From the NCBI GenBank assembly GCA_903958565.1, contig CAJBTJ010000255.1:1-58028 (forward strand): a stretch of DNA of 58,028 nucleotides. Reading direction: 5' to 3'. The translations under genes and the position numbers were made by a program. This stretch comes from an uncultured beta proteobacterium. Its GTDB lineage: Bacteria; Pseudomonadota; Gammaproteobacteria; Burkholderiales; Burkholderiaceae_B. A model generated the notes under the pieces. It was given only the letters and a program-made list of their open reading frames with translations, did no database searches and had not been told where the DNA came from. The first letter of the stretch is position 1. Every line of letters starts with the position of its first letter. Shown piece after piece: positions 31,397-43,594 of the stretch.

Positions 31397-32626
31397 ATGT
31401 CTGAGCATTTGCCTTCACGGTCCACCCGCCGGGTACCTTGGGTTTGGATTGTTTTAGCGTTGTCGCTGTTGGTGGGTGGAGTGTATTGGTGGCAAAGTGA
31501 CGCCGGCAAGCCCGCAACACCAAAGGGACCGCCAGGTGGGATGACCCCCATGGTGCCTGTACGGGTGCAGGCTGCCATTTCTGAGAGTCTTGATATTTAT
31601 TTGCGTGGCCTAGGCACGGTCACTGCGTTCAATACAGTCACCGTGCGCAGCCGCGTTCAAGGCGAACTGACGGAGGTCTTGTTTAAAGAGGGCGACAGTG
31701 TGAAGACGGGTGATGTGTTGGCCCGCATCGATCCCCGACCGTTTGAGGTGGCGTTGGATCAAGCCCTAGGTGCTCAGCAACAAAACCAAGCTCAATTTGA
31801 AAACGCAAAGCGCGATTTGCAACGCTATCAGACTTTGCGCAAGCAGGATTCAATCGCCCCTCAGTTGCTCGATACGCAGGCGGCGCTCGTACGTAAATTT
31901 GAAGGGTTGATCAAAAGTGATCAGGCAACAGTAGACAATGCACGCTTGCAACTGAGCTACACCACAATCACAGCCCCCATCGCTGGTCGGCTAGGTTTGC
32001 GTCGAGTTGATGCGGGCAACCTATTGAACGCGAACGATCCCGCCGGTGTCGTTGTCATCACGCAAACGCAGCCTATCGCCGTCATGTTCACGTTGCCTGA
32101 AAATGATTTGCCTGCTGTGCGTGCGCCGATGCTTGGGGGGAAAACGCTTGCAGTCGATGCGTATGATCGCGCCGACATGAATCGTCTAGCAGAGGGCAAG
32201 CTCTCATCGATCGATAACCAAATTGATATCGCCACGGGCACCGTCAAGCTTAAGGCTGAATTTTCCAACCAAACCGATGCCTTGTTTCCGAATCAGTTCG
32301 TGAATATTCGAATGAAGGTGCGGACCTTGCAAGATGCACTCACGATTCCAGCCGCAGCCGTGCAGCAAGGCAATCGTGGTGCGTTCGTCTACGTAGTGGA
32401 GGCCGATGACCTCGCGGCGGTTAAGCCCGTCAAGATAGGGGATCGTAGTGGTGAGCGTGTAGTGGTTCTGGAAGGCATTAAGGTGGGCGATCGAGTTGTG
32501 CTTGAGGGTACAGACAGGTTGCGTGCTGGTGCCAAAGTGCGCGTGATCGGCACTCCCGGTGCGTCGGGTGATCCGAATGCGCCCGCCCGACGTCCTGCCG
32601 GTGCGCCGGGATCTACTCGGCCGTGA
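31397..32626 (+). CDS. mdtA: RND efflux membrane fusion protein MdtA/MuxA
   Basis: [55 protein letters not shown]. Confidence 0.9.
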   Translation: MSEHLPSRSTRRVPWVWIVLALSLLVGGVYWWQSDAGKPATPKGPPGGMTPMVPVRVQAAISESLDIYLRGLGTVTAFNTVTVRSRVQGELTEVLFKEGDSVKTGDVLARIDPRPFEVALDQALGAQQQNQAQFENAKRDLQRYQTLRKQDSIAPQLLDTQAALVRKFEGLIKSDQATVDNARLQLSYTTITAPIAGRLGLRRVDAGNLLNANDPAGVVVITQTQPIAVMFTLPENDLPAVRAPMLGGKTLAVDAYDRADMNRLAEGKLSSIDNQIDIATGTVKLKAEFSNQTDALFPNQFVNIRMKVRTLQDALTIPAAAVQQGNRGAFVYVVEADDLAAVKPVKIGDRSGERVVVLEGIKVGDRVVLEGTDRLRAGAKVRVIGTPGASGDPNAPARRPAGAPGSTRP

Positions 32627-35600
32627 ACCTTTCGCGTCCATTTATCCTAAGACCCGTTGCCACAACCTTGGCAATGATTGCGTTGTTGCTGTCGGGCTTG
32701 ATCGCCTATCGGTGGTTGCCAGTTTCGTCCTTGCCCGAAGTGGATTATCCGACTATTCAGGCGACAACCTTTTATCCCGGCGCTAGCCCAGAAGTCATGG
32801 CCGCGTTGGTGACTTCCCCGCTCGAGCGTCAGTTCGGACAAATGCCTGGCTTGCGACAAATGACTTCTAGTAGTTCGGCGGGCGCTTCAATTGTCACCTT
32901 GCAATTCGCGCTTTCCCTTCGATTAGATGTGGCGGAGCAGCAGGTTCAGGCGGCCATTAATGCTGCAAGCAATTTATTGCCACGAGACTTACCTGTCCCG
33001 CCCATTTATAACAAAGTCAATCCTGCCGACGCGCCTGTGATCACCCTTGCGATCACTTCACCCACAGTGCCTCTGCCACAAATTCGCGACTTGGTTGACA
33101 CGCGTATGGCACAAAAAATATCGCAAGTAGCTGGCGTTGGTCTTGTGAGCGTGGCGGGCGGACAGCGACCTGCGATGCGAATTCAAGCGAATCCGCAGTC
33201 ACTTGCAGCGTACGGATTGACGCTAGCGGATGTACGCACTGCGGTGGTGGGGGCTAACGTCAACCAACCCAAGGGTACGCTGGATGGTCCGGTGCGCTCA
33301 ACCACGATCAACGCGAACGACCAGTTAAAGAACCCGAGTGACTATATGGATCTAGTGGTGACGTATCGTAATGATGCACCACTGCGTATGTCGGATGTCG
33401 CATCGGTATTGATAGAAGCCGAGGATGCGCGACTTGCAGCCTGGGCAGACTCACAGCCCGCGATTCTTTTAAACGTACAGCGACAGCCTGGCGCCAATGT
33501 CATCGATGTCGTCAACCGCATTCAAGCCTTGCTCCCTCAGTTGCGGACCGCTTTACCTGCGAACCTTGATGTCACGGTGATGTCCGATCGCACGCAGACC
33601 ATCCGTGCATCGGTCCGAGATGTGCAAATTGAGATGTTTATTGCCATTGGTCTCGTGGTGCTGGTGACATTTGTATTCTTGCGCACACTGACTGCCACCT
33701 TGATTCCAAGTGTTGTGGTGCCTCTTTCATTAGTGGGTACGTTTGGAATTATGTATTTGGCCGGCTTCAGTATTAATAACCTCACACTGATGGCGTTGAC
33801 GATCGCGACTGGATTTGTTGTAGACGATGCGATCGTTATGATTGAAAATATTGCCCGCTATTTAGAGAAAGGCGACACGCCGATGCAGGCTGCCTTGAAG
33901 GGTGCTTCACAAATTGGCTTTACGCTGGTGTCCCTGACGCTCTCGCTGATTGCGGTGTTAATTCCCCTGCTCTTTATGACGGAAGTGGTAGGACGGTTAT
34001 TCAGGGAGTTCGCCGTCACGCTCGCAGTCGCAATATTATTGTCATTGCTCATATCGCTTACCTTGACGCCAATGATGTGCGCTCGTCTGCTGCGTGCAGG
34101 CGATCATGATCGGGCGGGCTGGCTGTCTAGAGTTGTTCAGCAGCAGATCGATGGACTGATTGCGCTCTATGGTGTGGCACTGCGCTGGGTGTTGGCGCGT
34201 CAAAGGCTCACACTAGTTGTTGCGCTGGGGACCTTCGTACTCACAGCATTGTTGTATATCGGTATACCCAAAGGTTTTTTCCCGATGCAGGATACTGGCC
34301 TGATACAGATCGTGACTCAGGCGCCGCAGAATTTGGCATTCGCAGCGATGGCTGAGCGACAGCAAGTGGCAGTGAAGACAATCTTGCAAGATCCTGACGT
34401 CAGCAGCGTATCCTCATTCATTGGAATTGATGGTGTCAACGAAACCGTTAACACTGGACGTATACAGGTTGCCTTAAAACCGCATGGTCAACGGCGTGCT
34501 GAGATCTCTGAGGTTTTACAGCGCTTGAAAAATCAACTTCAGTTCGTGGCTGGTTTGCAGTTTTATTTGCAGCCCGTTCAAGACTTGACGGTCGAGGATC
34601 GTGTCAGCCGAACCCAGTACCAGCTTACGCTGGAAAGTGTCGATCCTGAACTTCTGAGTGTCTGGGTGCCAAGGTTGGTCGATGCTTTACGCAATAAGCC
34701 GGAACTTGCTGATGTGATTGACGATATGCAAGAAGATGGCCTCAATACTTTTATTGATATTGATCGCGATGCTGCGGCAAGACTTGGCGTATCTGCTGCA
34801 GCGATCGACGATGCGTTGTACGACGCGTTCGGACAACGGCAGATTTCAACAGTGTTTACACAGTCTAATCAGTATCGGGTTGTGATTGAGGTGCCTGAGC
34901 AGTTTCGCCGCGATCCGGCATCGCTGTCGACGGTTTACGTAAAAAGTACGACCGGCAAGCCCATCGCACTGACAAGCGTGGTCAAGGTGACAGAAGGCCG
35001 TTCACCGTTGGTGATCAATCGACTCGATCAGTTTCCGTCTGTCACGGTATCGTTCAACTTGAAGCCTGGGGCCTCCTTGTCGAGTGCCGTGGACTCTGTT
35101 ACGCAAGCGACAAAGGAAATTGGATTGCCCTTGAGTGTGCAACCGAGGTTCCAGGGCGCTGCACGTGCTTACGAGGCCTCTTTGTCGAGCACCTTGCTAC
35201 TTATTTTGGCAGCAGTTATTACGATGTACATCGTTCTTGGCGTGTTGTACGAAAGCTTTATTCATCCGATCACGATCTTATCAACCCTGCCCTCCGCCGC
35301 CATTGGTGCGTTGCTCGCCTTGCAGTTATCCGGTCGTGATCTCGATATGATTGGCATTATCGGAATTATTTTGTTGATTGGCATTGTCAAGAAGAATGCA
35401 ATCATGATGATTGACTTCGCGCTGGAGGCGGAGCGCAAGCTGAAAGTTTCTGCGCGTGAAGCAATTGAGCAGGCGGCAATCTTACGGTTTCGCCCAATCT
35501 TGATGACGACGCTTGCGGCTTTGTTTGGCGCCGTTCCTTTAATGTTGTCTACCGGGACAGGTTCGGAATTGCGTCAGCCTTTGGGTCTGGTGATGGTGGG

Positions 35601-35715
35601 CGGGCTGATTGTGAGTCAGGTTCTGACTCTGTTCACTACGCCTGTGATTTACCTTTTCTTTGATCGCCTGCGCGGTCAGCGTACGACTATTCCCGCAGGG
35701 AAGACGACGCAATGA
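32623..35715 (+). CDS. mdtB: RND efflux permease MdtB/MuxB
   Basis: [57 protein letters not shown]. Confidence 0.92.
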   Translation: MNLSRPFILRPVATTLAMIALLLSGLIAYRWLPVSSLPEVDYPTIQATTFYPGASPEVMAALVTSPLERQFGQMPGLRQMTSSSSAGASIVTLQFALSLRLDVAEQQVQAAINAASNLLPRDLPVPPIYNKVNPADAPVITLAITSPTVPLPQIRDLVDTRMAQKISQVAGVGLVSVAGGQRPAMRIQANPQSLAAYGLTLADVRTAVVGANVNQPKGTLDGPVRSTTINANDQLKNPSDYMDLVVTYRNDAPLRMSDVASVLIEAEDARLAAWADSQPAILLNVQRQPGANVIDVVNRIQALLPQLRTALPANLDVTVMSDRTQTIRASVRDVQIEMFIAIGLVVLVTFVFLRTLTATLIPSVVVPLSLVGTFGIMYLAGFSINNLTLMALTIATGFVVDDAIVMIENIARYLEKGDTPMQAALKGASQIGFTLVSLTLSLIAVLIPLLFMTEVVGRLFREFAVTLAVAILLSLLISLTLTPMMCARLLRAGDHDRAGWLSRVVQQQIDGLIALYGVALRWVLARQRLTLVVALGTFVLTALLYIGIPKGFFPMQDTGLIQIVTQAPQNLAFAAMAERQQVAVKTILQDPDVSSVSSFIGIDGVNETVNTGRIQVALKPHGQRRAEISEVLQRLKNQLQFVAGLQFYLQPVQDLTVEDRVSRTQYQLTLESVDPELLSVWVPRLVDALRNKPELADVIDDMQEDGLNTFIDIDRDAAARLGVSAAAIDDALYDAFGQRQISTVFTQSNQYRVVIEVPEQFRRDPASLSTVYVKSTTGKPIALTSVVKVTEGRSPLVINRLDQFPSVTVSFNLKPGASLSSAVDSVTQATKEIGLPLSVQPRFQGAARAYEASLSSTLLLILAAVITMYIVLGVLYESFIHPITILSTLPSAAIGALLALQLSGRDLDMIGIIGIILLIGIVKKNAIMMIDFALEAERKLKVSAREAIEQAAILRFRPILMTTLAALFGAVPLMLSTGTGSELRQPLGLVMVGGLIVSQVLTLFTTPVIYLFFDRLRGQRTTIPAGKTTQ

Positions 35716-38700
35716 GTTTGTCCGGGCCCTTCATCGTTCGGCCGGTCGCCACGACACTAATCTGGCTTGGGGTCGTTCTGGCTGGCTTGTTGGCACATAG
35801 TCTGTTGCCAATCGCACCATTGCCGCAAATTGACGTACCGTCGATTTCGGTTCGTGCCGATATGCCTGGAGCCAGTCCTGAAGTGATGGCCGCCACCGTG
35901 GCCACGCCGCTGGAACGTTCCTTAGGCACGATTGCTGGCTTAACCGAAATGACTTCGCGCAGTACGACAGGCCAAACGCGCATCACGCTACAGTTCGATT
36001 TGAGTCGCGACATCAATCGCGCCGCGACCGATGTACAAGGAGCGATCAACGCGGCGCGTGCAATGATGCCAAGCGGATTGCGCAACAATCCCTCTTACAA
36101 AAAAGCCAATCCCTCAGCCGCGCCGATTATGACGCTTGCGTTGACCTCGGCAAGCTTGTCTCAGGGGCAGTTGTATGACATCGCGTCGACGACCGTGCAG
36201 CAAAAACTATCCCAAGTACAGGGGGTCGGTGAGGTTCAAATCGGCGGCAGCTCATTGCCTGCAGTCAGAATTGATCTTGATCCTGAAAAGCTGACGCAAT
36301 ACGGCGTGTCGCTTGAAGCGGTGCGCACAGCCATTGCAGCGGCAAATTCCACACGACCCAAGGGCTTTCTAGAAAACGACACATTACGCTGGCAAATCGT
36401 ATCGAACGATCAGCTTTGGAAGGCGGCCGATTATCGTCCGCTGATTGTTGCCTGGCGAAATGGTGCAGCGGTGCGCTTGTCGGATGTCGCACAAATAGAA
36501 GACTCAGTTGAAGACACCTTCAATGTTGGATATTTCAATGCACAGCAGGCGATCTTAGTGCTGGTGCGCAGTGAGGCCAAGGCCAACATCATTGAGACGG
36601 TTGACCAGATTCGTGCAGACTTGCCGATGATGCGTGCGATGTTACCAGCCGATGTCACACTCGATGTGGCGCAGGACCGCACCCCTTCGATTCGAGCCTC
36701 CGTGCGCGAAGCAGAGAACACGCTTGTCATTGCGATTGGTCTGGTGATGCTGGTCGTGCTGTTGTTTCTGCGTAACTGGCGAGCTGCCTTGATCCCGACC
36801 GTTGCAGTGCCTGTGTCGTTAATTGGAACGTTTGGTGTGATGTATTTGGCGGGCTACTCTTTAAATACCATGTCCCTGATGGCCTTGATTGTGGCAACGG
36901 GATTTGTGGTGGACGATGCGATCGTCGTGCTTGAAAACATCATGCGCCACATTGAGCGCGGAGAGTCGGTCAAGCGCGCTGCACTGCGTGGCACAAGGGA
37001 AGTTGGCTTCACTGTGTTGTCGATGAGCATTTCCCTCATTGCTGTTTTTATTCCAATTCTGTTGATGGGTGGACTACCGGGACGTTTATTCCGGGAATTC
37101 GCGGTGACCTTGTCGGTAGCGATTGTGATTTCGATGTTTGTCTCACTAACGTTAACACCAATGATGGCCGCTCGTATGTTGCGCCAACAAGAGAAAGCAG
37201 GTGTATCGGATCGTAAGCCTGGTCTCATTGGACGCGTGCTCGACGCTGTATTGAATTCCGTCGTCAGGGCATATTCTTTGTCGCTCGATTGGGCGCTACG
37301 TCACGGTCGGATCATGATGCTGCTTTTAGCTGCGACGATTGGACTGAATTTTTATTTATATAGCGTCGTACCGAAAGGATTTTTTCCGCAACAGGATACG
37401 GGGATGATGCTAGGATTTTTTTCGACAGATGAGGGAACATCTTTTGAGTCGATGAAGCCTAAGTTAGATCGATTCCGGCAAATTTTGTTGCGAGATCCCG
37501 CGATCAGCACGGTGACGGCCTACGCTAACGGACGTGGCGGGAGTAACTTTAGCTTCTTGGCTGTCCAATTAAAGCCATTCGACGAGCGTAAGGTTTCCGT
37601 GCGCGAAGTGATCAACCGGTTGCGACCGCAACTCGGGGGAAATCCTGGGGCCCGGCTTTTTCTAGTGCCTCAGCAGGATATTCGAATTGGTGGTCGGCAA
37701 AGTAGTTCTCAGTACCAGTTCACCTTGATGGCGAGTGAGCTGGCTGACCTGAAAGAGTGGTTACCAAAGGTTCAAGAGGCTTTGGCCAAACTGCCCGAGC
37801 TTGTTGATGTGGATACCGATGTCGAGGACCGTGGGCGACAAGTTTCCGTTCTAGTTGATAGAGATGCGGCGCAACGCCTCGGCGTGTCGATGGCTGCTAT
37901 TTCAGCCGTGCTCAATAATTCGTTTAGTCAACGGCAGATCTCGGTGATGTACGGCTCTCGCAATCAATACCGGGTAGTCATGGGTGTTGCACCGCGATTT
38001 GCGCAGGATCCTGATTCCTTAAACGATGTGTATGTGTTGAGTCAGGCCGGTCAGCGTGTACCGTTCTCGGCATTTGCGAAGTTTGAGGTGAGCAATGCAC
38101 CCTTGAGCGTGCGCCATCAGGGCTTGCTTGCCGCCGACACCATCTCGTTTGATCTGGCGTCAGATATTTCGCTTGGGCAGGCGACTGCAGCGATTGAACG
38201 CGCGGTGGCGGAAATTAACTTGCCCAGTGATCGTATACAGGCGGGCTTTCAAGGGACCGCCAAGGCGTTGCAAAGTGCTTTATCGAATCAGCCTTGGTTG
38301 ATCTTGGCTGCGTTAGTGACCATGTATATTGTGTTGGGGATGCTGTATGAGAGTACGATCCATCCCTTAACAATCTTATCGACGCTGCCATCGGCAGGCG
38401 TTGGCGCTTTATTGGCTTTGTTAGTGCTTAAAACGGAGTTCACGCTGATTGCGTTAATCGGCGTGTTTCTGCTTATTGGGATTGTGAAGAAAAACGCGAT
38501 CATGATGGTGGACTTTGCTTTGGATGCGCAACGTAGACTTGGGCTGTCACCGCGAGAGGCGATCCATCAGGCCTGTCTTACCCGGTTTCGCCCGATTCTA
38601 ATGACAACGGCTGCCGCTATCTTTGGCGCAATGCCGTTGGTCTTTGCTTCCGGGGCGGGTGTGGAGTTGCGCAAGCCCTTGGGCATCACGATTCTCGGTG

Positions 38701-38867
38701 GCTTGCTCGTCAGTCAGTTGCTCACGCTCTACACTACGCCTGTGGTTTATCTTTATCTGGATCGTTTCCGGCTCTGGATGCTTAAGCGGCCTTGGGCGAA
38801 GCGTCCGGAAGCAGCCGACGCGGTTGCGCCGACCGCGTCCGCCCCACCTGGGTTACCTCACCTATGA
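35712..38867 (+). CDS. mdtC: RND efflux permease MdtC/MuxC
   Basis: [49 protein letters not shown]. Confidence 0.92.
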   Translation: MSLSGPFIVRPVATTLIWLGVVLAGLLAHSLLPIAPLPQIDVPSISVRADMPGASPEVMAATVATPLERSLGTIAGLTEMTSRSTTGQTRITLQFDLSRDINRAATDVQGAINAARAMMPSGLRNNPSYKKANPSAAPIMTLALTSASLSQGQLYDIASTTVQQKLSQVQGVGEVQIGGSSLPAVRIDLDPEKLTQYGVSLEAVRTAIAAANSTRPKGFLENDTLRWQIVSNDQLWKAADYRPLIVAWRNGAAVRLSDVAQIEDSVEDTFNVGYFNAQQAILVLVRSEAKANIIETVDQIRADLPMMRAMLPADVTLDVAQDRTPSIRASVREAENTLVIAIGLVMLVVLLFLRNWRAALIPTVAVPVSLIGTFGVMYLAGYSLNTMSLMALIVATGFVVDDAIVVLENIMRHIERGESVKRAALRGTREVGFTVLSMSISLIAVFIPILLMGGLPGRLFREFAVTLSVAIVISMFVSLTLTPMMAARMLRQQEKAGVSDRKPGLIGRVLDAVLNSVVRAYSLSLDWALRHGRIMMLLLAATIGLNFYLYSVVPKGFFPQQDTGMMLGFFSTDEGTSFESMKPKLDRFRQILLRDPAISTVTAYANGRGGSNFSFLAVQLKPFDERKVSVREVINRLRPQLGGNPGARLFLVPQQDIRIGGRQSSSQYQFTLMASELADLKEWLPKVQEALAKLPELVDVDTDVEDRGRQVSVLVDRDAAQRLGVSMAAISAVLNNSFSQRQISVMYGSRNQYRVVMGVAPRFAQDPDSLNDVYVLSQAGQRVPFSAFAKFEVSNAPLSVRHQGLLAADTISFDLASDISLGQATAAIERAVAEINLPSDRIQAGFQGTAKALQSALSNQPWLILAALVTMYIVLGMLYESTIHPLTILSTLPSAGVGALLALLVLKTEFTLIALIGVFLLIGIVKKNAIMMVDFALDAQRRLGLSPREAIHQACLTRFRPILMTTAAAIFGAMPLVFASGAGVELRKPLGITILGGLLVSQLLTLYTTPVVYLYLDRFRLWMLKRPWAKRPEAADAVAPTASAPPGLPHL

Positions 38868-40375
38868 TGAATCGTTTCTTGTCCTTGCGCGTTGTCAACG
38901 TTTGGCGGTGTGTGCGCTTGAGCGTTGCACTGAGCGGACTACTAGGTTTGAGTGCGTGTATGGTCGGACCAGACTACGTCAGACCCACTATCGATGTCGG
39001 AGTACAGTTCAAGGAGTCGCCAGGGTGGAAGCTTGCGCAACCGGCCTTAGCGAGTGCGCCGCGTGAGCCTTGGTGGTTGATGTATCGCGATCCAACGCTG
39101 ACCGAATTGATGCAAGTGCTCAATGTGTCGAACCAGAACATCGCTTTAGCGGAAGCGCGCTTTCGTCAAGCCGTTGCCGTCACGCAAGGTGCACGCGCAC
39201 CGTTGCTGCCAACGCTGACAGCGACTGGAAGCGCCACGCGCTCGGGTGCGGTGGCTTCTACGTCAGCGTCAAGCGCAAGCGTGACGAGCAACTCTTATGG
39301 AGTCGGTGCGCAAGCGGTGTGGCAGTTAGATATCTGGGGTAGCGTGCGCCGAAACATTGAATCGACCGATGCCAGTCAACTTGCCTTGGCGGCTGATGTA
39401 TCGGGTGCCCGGTTGACTGCTCAGACGGCATTGGCTCTGGCATATTTGCAGGTGCGCGTTCTTGATGAGCAACGCAGATTGCTGACTGCGACGGTTGATG
39501 CCTATCAGCGCGCGCTCAAGCTCACACAAAATCGTTATAACGCTGGCATTTCCGGACAAGGCGATGTGTCGGTCGCGCGCACTCAGTTAGAAAGCACGCG
39601 TGCACAGCTGATTGATCTTGAGCAGCAACGCGCAATTTTCGAAAACGCTGTGGCTGTGTTGCTTGGACGTGCGCCGTCAAGCTTTGCAATTAAAGCGGAA
39701 AAGATCCCGCTAGTGCCCCCAGTCGTACCTGTCGGTTTACCGTCAGAGTTACTCGAACGTCGTCCTGACGTGGCGGCTGCAGAAAGACGCACAGCCTCAG
39801 CGAATGCGCAGATCGGTGTCGCGACGGCTGCGTGGTTTCCCAACCTGACCTTGAATGCGAATGCAGGCTATCGAAGCAATGACTTCACGCAGTGGTTTAC
39901 TGCGCCCGCACAGTTTTGGGCGCTTGGCCCCCAGCTAGCGGCACTGATTTTTGATGGCGGAGCGCGTCAGGCACAGATCAATCAGACACGTGCCCAGTTT
40001 GATGCGCAGGTGGCGATCTATCGACAAACGGTGTTGACTGCCTTGCAAGAAGTTGAGAATGCGATGGTCCAGATGCGCGTGTTTGAGCAGGAAGAGGCGG
40101 TGCAGCGGTTAGCTGTGCAGGCGGCCCAGCAATCGTTGCGTTTGGCGCGTAATCAGTATGATCAAGGCTTGATTGATTATTTAAGTGTGGCGGTGCTGGA
40201 GACAACAGCGCTGAACAATGAACGTACCTACATTACTCTAGTTGGTAATCGTTTCGCTGCAAGTGTTCGTTTAGTTGCGTCACTAGGTGGTGGATGGTCG
40301 GCTGAAGATCTTAAACGCTTGGACGACTCAGGTAATCCAACGACGCAGCCCAGCAAAGCCGTGCCCACCAACTGA
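38864..40375 (+). CDS. Outer membrane efflux lipoprotein (NodT/OprM/OpmB family)
   Basis: Lipobox LSAC-MVGPDYVRP, PSELLERRPDVAAAE, LGGGW; ATGA overlap with mdtC. Confidence 0.92.
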   Translation: MMNRFLSLRVVNVWRCVRLSVALSGLLGLSACMVGPDYVRPTIDVGVQFKESPGWKLAQPALASAPREPWWLMYRDPTLTELMQVLNVSNQNIALAEARFRQAVAVTQGARAPLLPTLTATGSATRSGAVASTSASSASVTSNSYGVGAQAVWQLDIWGSVRRNIESTDASQLALAADVSGARLTAQTALALAYLQVRVLDEQRRLLTATVDAYQRALKLTQNRYNAGISGQGDVSVARTQLESTRAQLIDLEQQRAIFENAVAVLLGRAPSSFAIKAEKIPLVPPVVPVGLPSELLERRPDVAAAERRTASANAQIGVATAAWFPNLTLNANAGYRSNDFTQWFTAPAQFWALGPQLAALIFDGGARQAQINQTRAQFDAQVAIYRQTVLTALQEVENAMVQMRVFEQEEAVQRLAVQAAQQSLRLARNQYDQGLIDYLSVAVLETTALNNERTYITLVGNRFAASVRLVASLGGGWSAEDLKRLDDSGNPTTQPSKAVPTN

Positions 40376-41293
40376 TTGCGCCTGCGCAAGCGTATCGGCA
40401 GATTGCCCGCCGAGCGCATAGACAGGCAGACCCGCTTGTTGATTCAGCCTTGCGAACTCGTCCCAGCCTATGCCAGGGTTGCCTGGATGAGATGTCGTTG
40501 GCAGCACGGGCCCGAGCACCGCAAAATCAGCCTGTAGTTTGCGAGCGTGCTGCAGTTCAGGCAGGTTGTGTGTCGAGACGCCGACCAGGTGTCCTGAGGG
40601 CATCTCTGGGCGAACGCTTAGTGACTGGGCATCGGTTGCCCGTAAGTGCACCCCGTCGCCCTGTGTCCACCACGCAGCAGGATGCACGCTATTGACCAAC
40701 ACACGAGCGCCTGCGGCGTGACACTGCGCGAGCACTTCTTCAAAAGCTTGTTTCAGACTGACGCTTGCTGGACCATCGGGCCAACCGGGTTCGCGCCATT
40801 GCAGTAGTCTGACCCCCTCTTGCAGGCCTTGCGTCAGACGGTGTTTGAACGCGGTCAGGCCTTGCGGGGATCCCGCACTTGAAATCGCATAGACCTCGGG
40901 CAAGTGCAGCCAGCGCAGCGGCGGGTAGGTGGCAGGTAACAGTTTTGGTACGTCGAGCGCATCGCTCAAAGGTACCCAGCGTAGAAGCTGTCCTTCCAGT
41001 CCCTGCGGCTCACCGTCCCACCCGGTTACGCGACAGAAGGCGAGCCTGACAGTCGTGGTGGGGTACGCGTGCACGTAGGTCACCCAAGGTGTGGCGGTGT
41101 GTATGTGTATGCCGAGCTCTTCATGTAGTTCACGCGCCAGAGCTCGCATGACCGATTCGCCCGGCTCGAGTTTGCCGCCGGGCAGTTCCCACCATCCGGG
41201 CCAAGGTTTATCTGCAGGACGACTGCCCAACAGCACAGTGCCATCGGGTCGCAGCAAGACACCCACTGCGACGTCGATAATTTTTTCAGGCAT
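40328..41293 (-). CDS. MutT-like Nudix hydrolase fused to a thiamine-phosphate-synthase-like domain
   Basis: Nudix box GGKLEPGESVMRALARELHEELG; C-terminal DGVHL, GVSTHN, LGPVLPTTSHP, VYALGG. Start placed at ATG 41293. Confidence 0.9.
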   Translation of the reverse strand: MPEKIIDVAVGVLLRPDGTVLLGSRPADKPWPGWWELPGGKLEPGESVMRALARELHEELGIHIHTATPWVTYVHAYPTTTVRLAFCRVTGWDGEPQGLEGQLLRWVPLSDALDVPKLLPATYPPLRWLHLPEVYAISSAGSPQGLTAFKHRLTQGLQEGVRLLQWREPGWPDGPASVSLKQAFEEVLAQCHAAGARVLVNSVHPAAWWTQGDGVHLRATDAQSLSVRPEMPSGHLVGVSTHNLPELQHARKLQADFAVLGPVLPTTSHPGNPGIGWDEFARLNQQAGLPVYALGGQSADTLAQAQSVGGHGFAGLRRWIT

Positions 41294-42170
41294 GCCGGGC
41301 GGCCCAATCGCGCGCAAAGTGCCAGGCGACGCGACCGGAGCGTGAGCCACGCTCAAGCGCCCATTGCAACGCCTCGGTGCGTGCTTCGGCGATACTCTGC
41401 TTTGAGCAACCAAGGGTTTCAAGCCAGTGCGCAACGATATCTAGATAATCGTCTTGCTTAAAGGGATAGAACGACAGCCAAAGACCAAAGCGTTCGGATA
41501 GCGAGATTTTTTCCTCGACCGTTTCGCCAGGATGCACTTCGCCATCTGCTTGGTGGCGGGCGGCAAGGTTTTCACTCATGTATTCGGGCATTAGGTGCCG
41601 TCGGTTAGAGGTGGCGTAGATCAGCACATTATTACCACTCGAGGCGGCAGAGCCATCGAGCACTGACTTAAGGGCTTTGTAGCCCGACTCGCCTTCTTCA
41701 AACGAAAGATCATCGCAAAAGACAACGAACTTTTCTGGGCGTGCAGCGACCAGATCAACAATATCCGCAAGATCGCTCAGATCTGCTTTGTCGACTTCAA
41801 TGAGCCGCAAGCCACGACCACCGTAACTGGCCAGCATGGCTTTAACGAGTGAGCTTTTGCCTGTGCCGCGTGCACCGGTCATCAAGACATTATTGGCCGG
41901 CTTACCCTCGACAAAATGGCGCGTGTTGCGGTCGATGATGTCCTTCTGACGCTCGATGTGTTGCAAATCTTCGGGGTTAATCAACGAAACATTGGCGATC
42001 GCGTCAAGCCAACCATGGGAGGCCCCACGTTTGCGCCAACGGTAGGCGTGGGCTTCCCAATTGATGGGTGGTGGGGCCGGAGGTAGCCACGCTTCAAGCT
42101 GAGCCAAGACGCGCGTGGCGCGCGCCAGAAGATCGGTCATGGGTAGGCTGTTGTCGGTAGTAGGTTTCAT
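41286..42170 (-). CDS. DUF815-family AAA+ ATPase
   Basis: PANNVLMTGARGTGKSSLVKA, FCDDLSFE, YATSNRRHL, EEKISLSERFGL, RSGRVAWHF. Confidence 0.9.
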   Translation of the reverse strand: MKPTTDNSLPMTDLLARATRVLAQLEAWLPPAPPPINWEAHAYRWRKRGASHGWLDAIANVSLINPEDLQHIERQKDIIDRNTRHFVEGKPANNVLMTGARGTGKSSLVKAMLASYGGRGLRLIEVDKADLSDLADIVDLVAARPEKFVVFCDDLSFEEGESGYKALKSVLDGSAASSGNNVLIYATSNRRHLMPEYMSENLAARHQADGEVHPGETVEEKISLSERFGLWLSFYPFKQDDYLDIVAHWLETLGCSKQSIAEARTEALQWALERGSRSGRVAWHFARDWAARHA

Positions 42171-42176
42171 TCTGAA

Positions 42177-43403
42177 TCAGGAGCGGTAATCGGCGTTAAT
42201 GCTGACGTACTCGTGCGAGAAGTCGCAGGTGTACACGGTTTCGGTAGTCTTGCCGCGACCAAGCGCGATGCGCACCAGAATTTCGGCTTCTTTCATGATG
42301 CGCTGGCCATCGGTTTCTTGATAAGCGGGGTTGCGACCGCCTTGTGTGGCGACCAAGACATCGCCAAGCCAGAGCTTGACGCCATTGACATCGAGGTCAG
42401 TGATCCCAGCGTAGCCGATGGCAGCCAAAATGCGGCCTAGGTTCGGATCGCTCGCAAAAAAAGCAGTCTTGACCAGAGGGGAATGCGCGACAGCGTAAGC
42501 CACTTGCAGAGCCTCGGCTGATGATTTGGCCTCTTCAACCTGGATGGTCATGAACTTGGTCGCGCCTTCGCCGTCTCGTACAATTTTCTGCGCAAGATCG
42601 GTCGCTGCCGCGGCAAGTGCCGCCTTGAGCGGTGCATATTCCGGATGCGTGGTGCTGTCGACGATCAGGCCGCTTTTGCCAGTGGCAATGACGATGAAGG
42701 AATCATTGGTTGAGGTATCCCCGTCAATGGTGATGCGATTAAATGAAACATCAGCGATTTCACGTGCGAGTTGAGTCAGCAAGGGTTGCGCAATGCCAGC
42801 GTCGGTGGCGAGATAGCTCAGCATGGTCGCCATGTTCGGGCGAATCATGCCGGCTCCTTTACTGATGCCGGTGAGGGTAATTGTTTTGCCGCCCAAGGTG
42901 ATGCGTTGCGAATGAATCTTGGGTAAGGTGTCGGTGGTCATGATGCCGTGTGCAGCGGACACCCAATTATTGGCGCTCAGGTTCTTTAACGCAGCTGGCA
43001 ATCCTGCTTTGATCCGGTCAACAGGGAGGGGTTCAAGAATCACACCTGTTGAGAAAGGCAGGATTTGCTTGCTTGTTAAGCCCATTAGTTTGGCCAGCGC
43101 ATCGCAGGTCTCATTGGCGGCCTTCAGACCTGGCTCGCCTGTGCCGGCGTTTGCATTGCCCGTATTAATGACCAAGGCTTGAATCGATGCGCCTGCGGCC
43201 AAGTGCTCTTGGCAGACGAGTACGGGCGCTGCGCAAAATCTATTGCGAGTGAACACACCGGCGACCGTTGAGCCAGGGCTTAATTTAAAGACGGTCAAGT
43301 CACGGCGGTCCGCTTTACGGATACCGGCTTCGGTCACACCGATTTCGACGCCGGGGACGGGGTAGACAGCGTCATCTTTTGGGATATGCAGGTTAACGGC
43401 CAT
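42177..43403 (-). CDS. argJ: Bifunctional ornithine acetyltransferase / N-acetylglutamate synthase
   Basis: [50 protein letters not shown]. Confidence 0.97.
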   Translation of the reverse strand: MAVNLHIPKDDAVYPVPGVEIGVTEAGIRKADRRDLTVFKLSPGSTVAGVFTRNRFCAAPVLVCQEHLAAGASIQALVINTGNANAGTGEPGLKAANETCDALAKLMGLTSKQILPFSTGVILEPLPVDRIKAGLPAALKNLSANNWVSAAHGIMTTDTLPKIHSQRITLGGKTITLTGISKGAGMIRPNMATMLSYLATDAGIAQPLLTQLAREIADVSFNRITIDGDTSTNDSFIVIATGKSGLIVDSTTHPEYAPLKAALAAAATDLAQKIVRDGEGATKFMTIQVEEAKSSAEALQVAYAVAHSPLVKTAFFASDPNLGRILAAIGYAGITDLDVNGVKLWLGDVLVATQGGRNPAYQETDGQRIMKEAEILVRIALGRGKTTETVYTCDFSHEYVSINADYRS

Positions 43404-43498
43404 GGTGGGTCACAGGATAGAGTCAACAAAACGCAATTATGACCTGTTTTGGGACTAGATATGCCTGCCTGCCGTCGGTATGGGATCTTTGACTTGGG

Positions 43499-43527
43499 AT
43501 GGCAAAAGGTAACTCACCTGCTACTAT
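43499..43527 (+). promoter_or_regulatory. Putative sigma70 promoter of the ABC operon
   Basis: ATGGCA-17 bp-TACTAT with extended TG at 43519-43520. Confidence 0.4.
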
Positions 43528-43552
43528 TTGCAGTGACAAATTTTGCCCGTGC

Positions 43553-43573
43553 AAGGTCCGTTTGACGAACCTT
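43553..43573. promoter_or_regulatory. IclR/PobR-family operator-like palindrome
   Basis: AAGGTCCG-TTTGA-CGAACCTT; core GTCCG-N5-CGAAC matches GTNCG-N5-CGNAC; lies between the putative promoter and the RBS. Confidence 0.55.
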
Positions 43574-43594
43574 AAACCTCTAGGAGACCCAGAG

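Noticed and set aside
32623-38867. Similar segments between the two RND genes as a repeat or duplication
   Set aside because: Expected ancient paralogy of MdtB and MdtC.
43501-43573. Two hairpins upstream of the ABC operon considered as a riboswitch
   Set aside because: No match to riboswitch classes I know (cobalamin, c-di-GMP, glycine, TPP). The first repeat spans the likely promoter, so DNA operators are the simpler reading.
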